Shown piece by piece: positions 36,709 through 46,779 of a DNA stretch of 64,000 nt (its first letter is position 1; each line of letters opens with the position of its first letter). Source of the DNA: an uncultured bacterium (GTDB lineage Bacteria > Fidelibacterota > Marinisomatia > SCGC-AAA003-L08 > JACNLC01); assembly GCA_964409335.1 (NCBI GenBank), contig CAYPCW010000002.1, positions 26,637-90,636 of the forward strand, given 5' to 3'. Under the pieces are notes generated by a model. It had not been told where the DNA came from. It searched no databases and was given only the letters and a program-made list of their open reading frames with translations. The position numbers and the translations under genes were made by a program.

Positions 36709-37929
36709 ATGGACTCCCTTCATTCCCTCATATCCCGATATGGCGAGCCTGACGCGCTTATTGATCATCACGATCCACACTCAAATCGATATGCTATCTG
36801 GGGGTGGGATGATGTGTTTGTCATACCGGATACTGAACAATCCGTCGCAGGATTAATATCCGGATATGACGGGGTGAATTCTCTTCAAGGCAGGCTGGAC
36901 CTTTGGAAAAACCATTCGGAAAAAATTTCTGCAGTGGGCTGGGTAAGTTATGATGCAAAAAATATTTTTTACCCCAACATACCGTTTAAAAAAACGGATG
37001 GTGAAATTCCCGTGATGTGGTTTGGAAAGCCCGGCATTGTCAAAGCGTATTCGTTGGATGAAGATGTAGATGAGCGTCCCGAATCCCGGTCCGGACTGCA
37101 GGTGATCCCCGATCAGATCTCAGTAGAAACATATTTCAGAGATTTATCCACCATCCGGACTAATCTTGAGCAGGGGAATGTGTACCAGGTGAATTACACA
37201 TTTCCCAGGAAATTCAAAGTAACTGAGAATCCTTTTGATTTGTATTTAAATTTGAGAAAATCAGCCCGTCCGGCAAACGGAATGTTCATCAGAACCGATG
37301 GACTTTCAATATTATCCTTGTCGCCGGAACGATTTATCAGGACCACCGGAAGGCATATTGAGACATTTCCCATCAAAGGGACCCGTAAGCGGTGCGATGA
37401 GCCCGGGCGTGACAGAGCGCTTGCGGAAGAATTGCAAAAAAGTGAAAAAGACCGGGCAGAGCATCTGATGATCGTGGATTTGATGAGAAATGATATTGGT
37501 AAAATATGCTCCTTTGGCAGTGTAAAGGTAGACGGGCTGTTCGGTATTCATTCATTTCCCACCGTTCATCACATGATATCCAGGGTCTATGGTCTGTTGA
37601 AGCCGGATATTCGAATCCGGGATATTTTTAAAGCGGTCTTTCCCGGCGGGTCTGTCACCGGGGCGCCCAAAGAGAGTGCGATGCATATTATCGATGAACT
37701 GGAGAATTACTCCCGTGGCATGTATACGGGGAGCACAGGATATGTGACTCCGGTCGGAGACATTGATTTCAACATTGCCATTCGAACAATGACAGTAAAA
37801 AATGGGATTGGCACCTACCCGGTTGGCGGGGGAATTGTTTGGGATTCCGATCCGGTTGATGAATGGAATGAAGCCATACAAAAGAGTAAAATTCTGTCAC
37901 CCCTTATTGAGGATAAAAATGAAATTTAA
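36709..37929 (+). CDS. pabB: aminodeoxychorismate synthase component I
   Basis: A chorismate-utilising enzyme: PERFIR, DRAEHLMIVDLMRNDIGKIC, GGSVTGAPK, GMYTGSTGY. The PabB-diagnostic PIKGT lysine is present (FPIKGTRKR). It is followed by pabC. Confidence 0.85.
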   Translation: MDSLHSLISRYGEPDALIDHHDPHSNRYAIWGWDDVFVIPDTEQSVAGLISGYDGVNSLQGRLDLWKNHSEKISAVGWVSYDAKNIFYPNIPFKKTDGEIPVMWFGKPGIVKAYSLDEDVDERPESRSGLQVIPDQISVETYFRDLSTIRTNLEQGNVYQVNYTFPRKFKVTENPFDLYLNLRKSARPANGMFIRTDGLSILSLSPERFIRTTGRHIETFPIKGTRKRCDEPGRDRALAEELQKSEKDRAEHLMIVDLMRNDIGKICSFGSVKVDGLFGIHSFPTVHHMISRVYGLLKPDIRIRDIFKAVFPGGSVTGAPKESAMHIIDELENYSRGMYTGSTGYVTPVGDIDFNIAIRTMTVKNGIGTYPVGGGIVWDSDPVDEWNEAIQKSKILSPLIEDKNEI

Positions 37930-38770
37930 CCCGATCGTTTACCTGAATGGGCATTGGACAAAACAATCCAAAGCGATGATCCCGATCACTGATGGCGGAT
38001 TTTTATATGGAGACGGTCTATTTGAAACGATCCGCTTTCAGAATCGCTGCCTGTTTCGACCGGAAAACCATTTTAAACGACTCCGGAATGGAATGCAAAT
38101 ATTGGGTCTGTATCTGGAAATCCCCGACCACCAGCTAAGAGCGCTTTTGGATGAATCCATTGCCCGAAACCGCCTCGAAAACGGACTGTTGCGGGTCGTC
38201 ATTACCCGGGGGTCGATTACCACGGCGCCCTGGATTCAGTCCGGGAAGCCATCGGTGTATATTTTACCAAGGCTGTTGTCACCCGTCCCGCCATTTCCCG
38301 TCAAAATTATCTGGGTGAAAGAGACTGCTTACCCGTTAATCCGGTATAAGCCGGCAATCAAGTCCGTCAATTACCTCGGGAATATGATGGCCAAAAAAGA
38401 TGCTGAAGCGGCGAACGCCTTCGAACCGATATTCATCGATCGGGATGGATTTATCACCGAAGGCGCTATCAGAAATATTTTTTTCGTCCGGAAAAAAACA
38501 GTGGTAACTCCGGACCTCAATTTGGGTGTGCTACCCGGTGTCATGCGGGAGACGATCATCGAAGTTGTAAAACAGTTGAATCTGGATTTCCACGAAGAAT
38601 GTATCCCCCAAACTGAAGTAAACCGGATGAATGAAGCCTTTATCTCTTCAACAGGAATTGGCGTCCTGCCTTGTTATTGGGAAGGGTGGATCTCCGATTA
38701 TCAGGTGACGAATGCCATTAAAAACAGGATAGATAAAGCGTTAAGTACTCATTCTATTAAAGATGAATGA
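37919..38770 (+). CDS. pabC: aminodeoxychorismate lyase (class IV aminotransferase fold)
   Basis: Start trimmed to the ATG at 37919 (MKFNPIVYLNGHW...), an 11-nt overlap with pabB. Class IV fold strings are DGGFLYGDGLFETIR and GVLPGVMRE. The functional call relies on the pabB linkage. Confidence 0.7.
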   Translation: MKFNPIVYLNGHWTKQSKAMIPITDGGFLYGDGLFETIRFQNRCLFRPENHFKRLRNGMQILGLYLEIPDHQLRALLDESIARNRLENGLLRVVITRGSITTAPWIQSGKPSVYILPRLLSPVPPFPVKIIWVKETAYPLIRYKPAIKSVNYLGNMMAKKDAEAANAFEPIFIDRDGFITEGAIRNIFFVRKKTVVTPDLNLGVLPGVMRETIIEVVKQLNLDFHEECIPQTEVNRMNEAFISSTGIGVLPCYWEGWISDYQVTNAIKNRIDKALSTHSIKDE

Positions 38771-38964
38771 CAGACCGATGAGCCTCATTTTTATCCCGGA
38801 TAAAACAGTTTTTTACCTTTAAGATTAAATTAAATAGAATTTTCTTGGTATCCGACGGGAACTTCCTGTAAATTTTTCCTTGAATTCGAGGGGATAACTT
38901 TACTATAAATTCTATATTAGTCATTAATTTCAATAATTAATTAATAGTAACATGGGAGAATAAC

Positions 38965-41900
38965 ATGAAAAGAGCGTTAATAATCCTTGTCATCACGATG
39001 CCTTTTTTCCTGTTTGCACAGGAATTTGGGAAGGTATCAGGAAAAGTAGAAGCGGGTGGAGGCGGACGAATTCTGGCAGGCGCCAGTATTGTCATCGAAG
39101 GTACTTCCTTTGGTTCGGCTGCCGATGAACACGGTAACTATACGATCCTGGGGGTACCTGTAGGGACGTATGTAATCCGGGCGGACTACATTGGATACCA
39201 ATCGGTCAAAGTATCCGGCGTCACGGTTTCAGCCAACCTTACAACGACCGTTGATTTTAGTCTGAAAATATCAGCAATCAAAGGAGATGTGGTAGAGATC
39301 GTCGCAGAAAAGCCACTTATTAATCAGAACTCTACCAATACCACACGGATCATCGATTCCCAAACCATCAAAAATCTTCCTTTGCGTGGCGTTGAAGCAG
39401 TTATCGCACTTCAGACCGGAACGGTTGCCGATGATGAGAATATCTATGTCAGAGGGTCGAGAGCCGGTGATGTCGCCTATTATGTTGATGGCGTGTACAT
39501 GAACAATTCGTGGGATCTGACCAATTCGAGTACGGTCTCCAACAACGCTATGGAAGAAGTTCAATTTCAGTCAGGTGGGTTTAGCGCTGAATATGGTAAT
39601 GTGAATGGTGGTGTGGTCAACACGACGACCCGTACCGGTAGTGACAAATTCTCATTGTCCGGCGAACTGATTTCCGGAGTCGGGAAATCCGGTGCTGATG
39701 TCAGCAAAGGGTTATACTCTTACGGGTATAATCTCTTTAATATCAGCGCAGGCGGACCCCTGACTCAGAATGTAAAATACTTCTTCAATTTTGAAGGAAG
39801 AACCACGGATGATCCAAACCCGTCACGGGAACCCTTCCACAAAATAGACCGAAACGATATTACTTGGGGCGGTATAACCAAAACAGAAGCCTATGCGGGA
39901 ACCGACAGCGCATTTACCTACTGGACCGGCGACCTTTCCATTAACAATACCCCTGTTGGAGGATGGGATGAACACCTCTATGACCTGCCGGACGCGACCG
40001 AAGTCTATGGATCCACGGAAACTCTGAACTCTATTCTTGGCATGTATATCAGATCAGGCTCTGACACCCTGGGGCTCGCCGGATATAGTTTGGTAGACCT
40101 CACCAAAGTGAACAGAACCGGTCTTTCTTACAATGCGGTTGATGGTGAAGATGCTGTTCTCAGCGGGTACTCCAATTACCGGACTGTTTATGGTGCCAAA
40201 CCCAATGCAGGGAGTGACAGGCTGACTTTTACCGGTAATTTGTTGTTCGATATATCCGGTATTCGGTTCAAAGTAGGGGGTCTGTTCAACAGTGATAAAG
40301 GGAATTTTTATAACCATAACTATAGTCTGGTGAATAGCAATAACAATGCACAATATGAAGAATCAACCCTTTCACTTTTTGCAAATATGACCTATTCATT
40401 ATCCTCAAATTCATATTTTAAATTAAATTTCTCAACATTTGGTTATAACTATGAAGAGGGTGACGGTAGATACTGGGATAATATAATGGGTTATGGGACC
40501 ATTGGAAATAACTCCTATCTGGTAAATTGGGGACAGAATCCCACCGCTATTCAGGGATTGGCTAATTTTACCGGCTATGGTGCGGTTTATGATGACTATT
40601 CTCTGAATAAAACGAATTATTTTTCATTGAAAGGGGATTACCTGAACCAGATGGGAGACCATGAAATAAAAGCCGGGTTCGACTATCGGAAAAACACCAT
40701 CAAATATTACAGAGTCGCACAGCCTATCGAAATTGCTGAACGTTTTCATCTCGCAGGCGAAACCGGGACGGTCATAGACGATCAATGGACCTATCTGACC
40801 TATATGAATGCCTACACAGAAAACCTGGGATATTCAATTGACGGAAAGAGTAGCGGAGCAGGATTTCAGGATGCGGGTGAACCGGTGATCTTTGGAATGT
40901 ATATCCAGGATAAAATCGAGCTGGAAGATATGATCGTCAATGTAGGCTTACGATATGACTTATTTGATGCCGCCACACAGGAAGCTGCCGACTGGAGAGA
41001 TATTTGGTTGACAGACGGCCATATTGACCGGCAATTGTCTCAATATAGGGACGTAAAGGCTGAAACATATTTAAGTCCCAGAGTTGGATTTTCATTTCCG
41101 GTGACGGACCAGACAAAGTTTCATGCCGAGTATGGTAAATTCACCCAACATCCTATCCTGAACAGACTGTACCTTTCCGACAGCCGGCTTGCAGCCAATC
41201 TGTCCCAGGGAAACATGACGGTTTCGCCAAATCCAAGTCTGAAACCCGAACGTACGACCCAGTACGAAATTGGCTTCACTCAGCAGGTAGGGAATTTTGC
41301 CGCTTTGGATATCACGGGATTTTTCAAGGAAGTCCGCGATTATACCATGTTGACCAATCTGGCAGGCGCCAAGAAAAACGGGTCCGAATTTATTTGGGCA
41401 CAATATGTAAACGGTGATTTTGGTGTTGTGAAAGGGATTTCCTTCAACCTGAATATGAGGCGCGTGAATGGTCTGATGGCCAATGCCAGCTATACCCTTT
41501 CTTTCGCTGAAGGAACAGGCTCTGATCCTCTGGATAACTGGAATATCGCCTGGACAGGTGACACCTACCCGACGATGATCAACCCACTTGAATATGACCA
41601 AAGACATACCGGTTCGATCATGCTTGATTACCGGTTAGGGGTACAGGGCAGCCTTCTGGCAAATACAGGTATAAACTTCCTGTATCAGTTTGGTTCGGGA
41701 ACCGCTTTTACACCCTCAAGAATCGAATCTGATGTATTTGGTCGTGGATGGTATACGCCGATTGCAGCGATCAATTCTGCTTACAAGCCATGGACCAGTA
41801 CCCTGGATATGAAAATTGACAGAGATGTTCAATTGGGTGCGTACTCTGCTAATATTTATCTCTGGGTGACCAACCTGACAGACAGATCAAATGTTGATGA

Positions 41901-42075
41901 AGTTTTTGTAGGAACGGGTGACGCTGCCAGCGATGGATATTTGAGTACTCAGGAAGGTAAAGTGTGGGCAACAGGAAATCCTGATGTTGTGGATTTCTAC
42001 AATGCACAGTTACGTAATCCGAGAAATTGGGGTGAGCCCCGACAGGTTCGTTTCGGCGTTCAATTTGATCTTTAA
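38965..42075 (+). CDS. TonB-dependent outer-membrane receptor with N-terminal CarboxypepD_reg-like domain
   Basis: 1036 aa with a signal peptide. The CarboxypepD_reg-like domain reads GKVSGKV...GASIVIEGT...GNYTILGVPVGTYVIRADYIGY. The plug region reads IYVRGSRAGDVAYYVDGVYMNN. A long beta-barrel ends ...RQVRFGVQFDL. Confidence 0.9.
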   Translation: MKRALIILVITMPFFLFAQEFGKVSGKVEAGGGGRILAGASIVIEGTSFGSAADEHGNYTILGVPVGTYVIRADYIGYQSVKVSGVTVSANLTTTVDFSLKISAIKGDVVEIVAEKPLINQNSTNTTRIIDSQTIKNLPLRGVEAVIALQTGTVADDENIYVRGSRAGDVAYYVDGVYMNNSWDLTNSSTVSNNAMEEVQFQSGGFSAEYGNVNGGVVNTTTRTGSDKFSLSGELISGVGKSGADVSKGLYSYGYNLFNISAGGPLTQNVKYFFNFEGRTTDDPNPSREPFHKIDRNDITWGGITKTEAYAGTDSAFTYWTGDLSINNTPVGGWDEHLYDLPDATEVYGSTETLNSILGMYIRSGSDTLGLAGYSLVDLTKVNRTGLSYNAVDGEDAVLSGYSNYRTVYGAKPNAGSDRLTFTGNLLFDISGIRFKVGGLFNSDKGNFYNHNYSLVNSNNNAQYEESTLSLFANMTYSLSSNSYFKLNFSTFGYNYEEGDGRYWDNIMGYGTIGNNSYLVNWGQNPTAIQGLANFTGYGAVYDDYSLNKTNYFSLKGDYLNQMGDHEIKAGFDYRKNTIKYYRVAQPIEIAERFHLAGETGTVIDDQWTYLTYMNAYTENLGYSIDGKSSGAGFQDAGEPVIFGMYIQDKIELEDMIVNVGLRYDLFDAATQEAADWRDIWLTDGHIDRQLSQYRDVKAETYLSPRVGFSFPVTDQTKFHAEYGKFTQHPILNRLYLSDSRLAANLSQGNMTVSPNPSLKPERTTQYEIGFTQQVGNFAALDITGFFKEVRDYTMLTNLAGAKKNGSEFIWAQYVNGDFGVVKGISFNLNMRRVNGLMANASYTLSFAEGTGSDPLDNWNIAWTGDTYPTMINPLEYDQRHTGSIMLDYRLGVQGSLLANTGINFLYQFGSGTAFTPSRIESDVFGRGWYTPIAAINSAYKPWTSTLDMKIDRDVQLGAYSANIYLWVTNLTDRSNVDEVFVGTGDAASDGYLSTQEGKVWATGNPDVVDFYNAQLRNPRNWGEPRQVRFGVQFDL

Positions 42076-42103
42076 TCAATAGATATTTAAAGGAGCAAGA
42101 TTG

Positions 42104-45100
42104 ATGAAAATAAGTTTAATGAAAATGTTTAAACTAATGGTACCGGGCCTGATAATAGGCATCGTGACCTTAGTTGCAAATGCAGCTGAACCTGCCGGAA
42201 ATGCATCCCCGCAATTGCTAAAATCCGATACAGGTCAGTTTACGGGGAACCGTATTTATAACTACCTCGAAAATAACGGTATGATCGTTTCGCACCGAAT
42301 TACCGGTAACTCCGGTATGGAATGGCCTGGTGGAACCCATTTATTATCTAACTTTGCATCCGGCATCTGGTTTAGCGGTATCGTTGACGGGAATAAACGA
42401 ACGGCAGTTGGCGAATACGGACCGGAATTTGTTGCCGGCCCCTGGGCAAGTGACTTTAATGCGAATGAACACCAGCTATACATTGTGAATAAAAGTGATC
42501 TGGCGGACCCATTGGAAAATAGTGATTTCCAGAATTGGCCGGCTGATTTAGGCGCTCCCTGGGTGGATGAAGACAACGATGGTGTGTATTCTCCATTACC
42601 AAACGGACCGGATCATCCGGATTTCATCGGCGACCAGGTCATCTGGTATGTGATGAACGATGGAGATGGGGCAACTCATGCCAATATCTTCGGAACTCAG
42701 CCACTGGGTATAGAAGTCCGGGTCACCATATGGGGGTATAATCGTCCTGACGCATTCGGGGATATGATGTTTGTGAAAGTCCAGGCATTCAACAAAGGTG
42801 GAGAGGATATCACAGGCACTTTTATCGGACTGTGGGATGACCCTGATTTGGGTTATGCCGGTGATGACTTTGTCGGGTGTGACACCCTGCTCAGTTTAGG
42901 GTACTGTTATAACGATGGCGCAGATGACGACTATGGCACTGCAGCACCCGCAATTGGGTATGACTTCTTTCAGGCAGCAGTTCCGGGAGCAGCTACAGAT
43001 ACGACCTTTGCATTTGGCGAAAGAAGAGCCGGGTGGAAGAACCTGCCAATGTCTTCCTTCACGAAGTACATAAACAGCGATGCTGTTTATGCCGATCCGA
43101 ATGATGCAGAAGAAGCGTATAACTACATGTCAGGGTATAAAAGAGACGGAACACCGTTTATCAACTCAGCAACCGGACAACCCAGCAAATTTGTACATCC
43201 TTGCGATCCGAACAATAACACTGGTGCAGCCGACAACTGCTGGGTAGACAGTGATGACCATTCATCCGGTGACCGTCGTTTTCTGATGAATGTCGGACCC
43301 TTTAACTTCATGGACGGCGATTCTTTGGAAGTGGTATTTGGTATCATCATGGCACAGGCAAGCGATGCTTTGTCATCAGTAACCTTACTGAAACAAACTG
43401 ATCAGTTAGCTCAGTTGGCATACGATATCTTCTTTGCGCTGCCACCGTCTCCGCCTCAACCCACCGTAACAGTCACTTCAAATTTCGAAGAGGTCATTCT
43501 GGAGTGGGATGATATTGCTGAAGATTATGTCGCAGAAGACCAATTAGACCTGGATGAAAATGGTGATCCTACTTATTTTCATTTTGAAGGGTACAACATC
43601 TGGCAGCATGAAAATCTTTCCGGAACCGGCGGAAGACAGTTATTGGCAACCTATGACCTTGTAAACGGAATTACCGAAATTTGGGACCCGAATACATTTG
43701 ATCCCAATTGGGGGGTAAATGTAAATGTTCCGGTTCAATTCGGGACCGATTCCGGTATTAAACGGTATCTGCACATTACCAGCGACAAACTCAACGGCGG
43801 TTTACCATTGATGAACGAACGGGCATACTATTTCACCGTCACTGCATACGGATACAATGAGATCGGGATTCCCCGTACGCTTGAAAGTCCGAACAACATC
43901 TTCCTGGTCCGTCCGCAAAAAGATGCTTACGTTGATCCGTCGGCAGACACCGGGTTCTCTGACTTTGACGTAACGCATATCGGTCCTTCGGATGGCTCCA
44001 TTCAGGTCACAGTGGTTAATCCTTATGATGTCACCGGCCATGAATACCGGGTAGAGTTCGGTCATTATATGTATATTGCAGACCTGGGCTATGCCGGAAA
44101 GGATTGTGCCGGTGAATGGTACACTGCAGATGACGGTCCGACCCATGATATTGACTGTGCGGGAAACTGCGGAGACCTCAGTTGGATTGGCGACGGGTGG
44201 TGCGATGACCCTGCTTCACCAGATTATGCCGGCCAGTTTTGGAACTGTGCCGAATGGAATTATGACAATGGAGATTGTGCCTCGCTTTCACCGCCATCAG
44301 ACAGAGGACCATCAGACCGGGTTTCCTCCGTCATTCATCCGGAGCTTCCGCTTGCTGTGGATACAGATGAAGAATCGCCTTTCATCTACTGGTGGGTACT
44401 GGATGTAACCGACGGCGCATATGTCACTCCAAAACAGGATGTCCAAAGCGGTTTGAATGGGATGACCGGTGAAATCGATGGAGACTACACTGCGCCTATT
44501 TTCGATGGCGTACACGTGATCGTGAACGGTCCGTCTGGTGGGATACACGGCATCTGGCAGACCGCTAATGCCAATGGTCCGATTCCCGGTGTGGATGAGG
44601 ATGTGAATGAGAACATTTTGTGGATCAACTTCCTTAACGCGCCGGACTACCCCACAGAGCAGGCTCAGGGCGGCTGGGCATTTGTAACGGGCGGCGGCGC
44701 TGACAATGATATAGATTCGTTCTACGAAAGAGTCTTCAGAGGGTCTAATTTCAGCCGGGCAATCCCCAATGATTTTGAAATGAGATTTACGAACGATGCG
44801 CTGGCAAACGGAATGGGCTACAGACGGTTTGAAGACGGACTCATCATGGGCAATGTCCCGTTTGAACTATGGAATTTGGGACCGGGCGCCGATGATACCA
44901 GTGATGATTTCAGGATGTTACCCGCAATCCTGAACGGGGCGGGTCTCGATACAACAAACAATGATAACATTGACGCTTTTGACCTGTGGGGTGATGATCC
45001 CAGTTCAGGTGGAGATGATGATCCGTCATCAGACTGGGTATATTGGGGAAATCCGGACGATATGTCTGCCGGCCAGGCAGGGTATGATGCATTCTTTGCG

Positions 45101-45646
45101 CCCGGTATCGGAAACTCACCATCCGGTGGATGGACAGAAGTCATCGCCCGGTCACGGCTGATGAACTGGAACCGGTATCTGGGCGGCGGAGGCGGTACGC
45201 TTGATTCTGCAGCAGCAGAACTGGCAATGCCCGAGGTCGGCACGATCATCCGGTGGATCACCAATAAACCCAACACAACAGCCGACACGTTTACCTTCAC
45301 TACTGCAGACGTCGCTCCGGATATGCATGCATTTGATTGTAAAGAAATAAACGTGTGGCCCAATCCGTACTATGGATACAACCCTGAAGAGAGAACACCG
45401 GTTGACTATCAACTGCATTTCACAGATATGCCGGACATGGCGACCATCCGTATTTATAATATGGCGGGACATCTGGTCCGTAAGATCGAGCATGCAGGCG
45501 ATCAGACGGAGATCTGGAATTTGCAAAACAACTTCGATATCCCGGTGGCATCAGGTATGTACATCGCGGTTGTTGAGGCGGATAATTGCGAGGCAGTAAT
45601 TAAAATTGCTGTAGTTATGCCTGAACAACGAATAGATGTCTATTAA
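42104..45646 (+). CDS. large secreted protein of unknown function with LNR-like Cys module and T9SS-type C-terminal sorting domain
   Basis: About 1180 aa. The ATG at 42104 lies 8 nt after an AGGAG. The signal peptide is KLMVPGLIIGIVTLVANA. Acidic Ca-binding-like strings are present (VDEDNDGVYSP, GDDPSSGGDDDPSSD). The C-terminus VWPNPYYGYNPEERTP...IRIYNMAGHLVRKI...GMYIAVVEA resembles T9SS sorting domains. Confidence 0.7.
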   Translation: MKISLMKMFKLMVPGLIIGIVTLVANAAEPAGNASPQLLKSDTGQFTGNRIYNYLENNGMIVSHRITGNSGMEWPGGTHLLSNFASGIWFSGIVDGNKRTAVGEYGPEFVAGPWASDFNANEHQLYIVNKSDLADPLENSDFQNWPADLGAPWVDEDNDGVYSPLPNGPDHPDFIGDQVIWYVMNDGDGATHANIFGTQPLGIEVRVTIWGYNRPDAFGDMMFVKVQAFNKGGEDITGTFIGLWDDPDLGYAGDDFVGCDTLLSLGYCYNDGADDDYGTAAPAIGYDFFQAAVPGAATDTTFAFGERRAGWKNLPMSSFTKYINSDAVYADPNDAEEAYNYMSGYKRDGTPFINSATGQPSKFVHPCDPNNNTGAADNCWVDSDDHSSGDRRFLMNVGPFNFMDGDSLEVVFGIIMAQASDALSSVTLLKQTDQLAQLAYDIFFALPPSPPQPTVTVTSNFEEVILEWDDIAEDYVAEDQLDLDENGDPTYFHFEGYNIWQHENLSGTGGRQLLATYDLVNGITEIWDPNTFDPNWGVNVNVPVQFGTDSGIKRYLHITSDKLNGGLPLMNERAYYFTVTAYGYNEIGIPRTLESPNNIFLVRPQKDAYVDPSADTGFSDFDVTHIGPSDGSIQVTVVNPYDVTGHEYRVEFGHYMYIADLGYAGKDCAGEWYTADDGPTHDIDCAGNCGDLSWIGDGWCDDPASPDYAGQFWNCAEWNYDNGDCASLSPPSDRGPSDRVSSVIHPELPLAVDTDEESPFIYWWVLDVTDGAYVTPKQDVQSGLNGMTGEIDGDYTAPIFDGVHVIVNGPSGGIHGIWQTANANGPIPGVDEDVNENILWINFLNAPDYPTEQAQGGWAFVTGGGADNDIDSFYERVFRGSNFSRAIPNDFEMRFTNDALANGMGYRRFEDGLIMGNVPFELWNLGPGADDTSDDFRMLPAILNGAGLDTTNNDNIDAFDLWGDDPSSGGDDDPSSDWVYWGNPDDMSAGQAGYDAFFAPGIGNSPSGGWTEVIARSRLMNWNRYLGGGGGTLDSAAAELAMPEVGTIIRWITNKPNTTADTFTFTTADVAPDMHAFDCKEINVWPNPYYGYNPEERTPVDYQLHFTDMPDMATIRIYNMAGHLVRKIEHAGDQTEIWNLQNNFDIPVASGMYIAVVEADNCEAVIKIAVVMPEQRIDVY

Positions 45647-45662
45647 GAAAGGAGTTTCAAGA

Positions 45663-46721
45663 ATGTTAAATTACAAATACATGTTTAAAACGTTGATTTT
45701 CCTGTCAGTTTTAACACTTACCATGGCAGGGACCGGTAAGTCCACCGGCTCGGCCGGTGCGTCTGAACTCCTTATCCCCACGGGGGCAAAAGGGGTTGCA
45801 TTGAATGGCAGCTACAGCGCCACGGTTTCAGGTGCGGATGCTGTATACTATAATCCCGCCGGGATATCCAATTTTGGTACCCCGACGGATGCACAGTTCT
45901 CAAACACCAAATATTTTGCAGATATTGGGATGAGTTATGCAGCCTTTGCATTCCATTTGGGGAAAGGAACCGTGGGAATGTCTATCAAGAACTTCGATTT
46001 TGGCGACATCAAACTGACGACGGCAAATGACACCCACGGAATATCCGGGCGGACATATTCCCCTTCCTTTGTCACCCTGACATTGGGATATTCCAAGGCA
46101 TTCTCAGACCGTATCCGGTTTGGGGTGAATTCCAAGATCGTGAACGAAACCATTCAGGAGACCTCCACACGGGGTCTTGCGCTGGATATGGGCGTTCAAT
46201 ACACCCACAGCACCCTTCCTTTGAATTTGGGGGTGGTGTTGAGAAATCTGGGTCCGAAAATGCAATTCAGTGGAAGTAACCTGGAACAAACGCTACAACC
46301 CGATGGCACCGAACCCGGTACACTGGATGAACACCTGGCCATCATTTCACAGGCATTTGAGTTACATGCACAGTTGGATATTTCCATGACATACAAACCC
46401 GTGGATAACGTGGACGTTCACGGATCATTTGTGAACAATTCATTTGGTTTTAATGAATTGCACCTGGGTGTGGAATATGCCATGGACCTCAGCGGTCTTG
46501 AAACCTGGGTTGGCGGCGGCTTCAGCGTACTCTCTGTCGATGACATCACGGATAACTGGGATAACGAATATACCGACAATACCTTCGGACCATCTTTCGG
46601 CGGTGGCTTCAAAGTCCCATTGGGAAATAGTATGACATTCGGTGTGGAATATGCCTTTAAAACGGTAAATGCGACAGGACTGGAAAATAACAGCGTTCTC
46701 GCATTTTCGGTCGGGTTCTAA
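45663..46721 (+). CDS. PorV/PorQ-family (FadL-superfamily) outer-membrane beta-barrel protein
   Basis: Start trimmed to MLNYKYMF..., with AAGGAG 13 nt upstream. After the signal peptide comes GASELLIPTGAKGVALNGSYSATVSGADAVYYNPAGIS, the N-terminal hatch plus NPAG motif of the family. The size of about 350 aa fits. Confidence 0.7.
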   Translation: MLNYKYMFKTLIFLSVLTLTMAGTGKSTGSAGASELLIPTGAKGVALNGSYSATVSGADAVYYNPAGISNFGTPTDAQFSNTKYFADIGMSYAAFAFHLGKGTVGMSIKNFDFGDIKLTTANDTHGISGRTYSPSFVTLTLGYSKAFSDRIRFGVNSKIVNETIQETSTRGLALDMGVQYTHSTLPLNLGVVLRNLGPKMQFSGSNLEQTLQPDGTEPGTLDEHLAIISQAFELHAQLDISMTYKPVDNVDVHGSFVNNSFGFNELHLGVEYAMDLSGLETWVGGGFSVLSVDDITDNWDNEYTDNTFGPSFGGGFKVPLGNSMTFGVEYAFKTVNATGLENNSVLAFSVGF

Positions 46722-46747
46722 TTCCACCGGGAATCACCATACATCTG

Positions 46748-46779
46748 GAAAGGGTCACGTTTGTGACCCTTTCTTTTTT
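46748..46779 (+). terminator. rho-independent terminator after the PorV/PorQ-like gene
   Basis: GAAAGGGTCAC-GTTT-GTGACCCTTTC followed by TTTTTT. It lies inside the 5' extension of ORF 46669, which argues for the later start at 46837. Confidence 0.8.
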
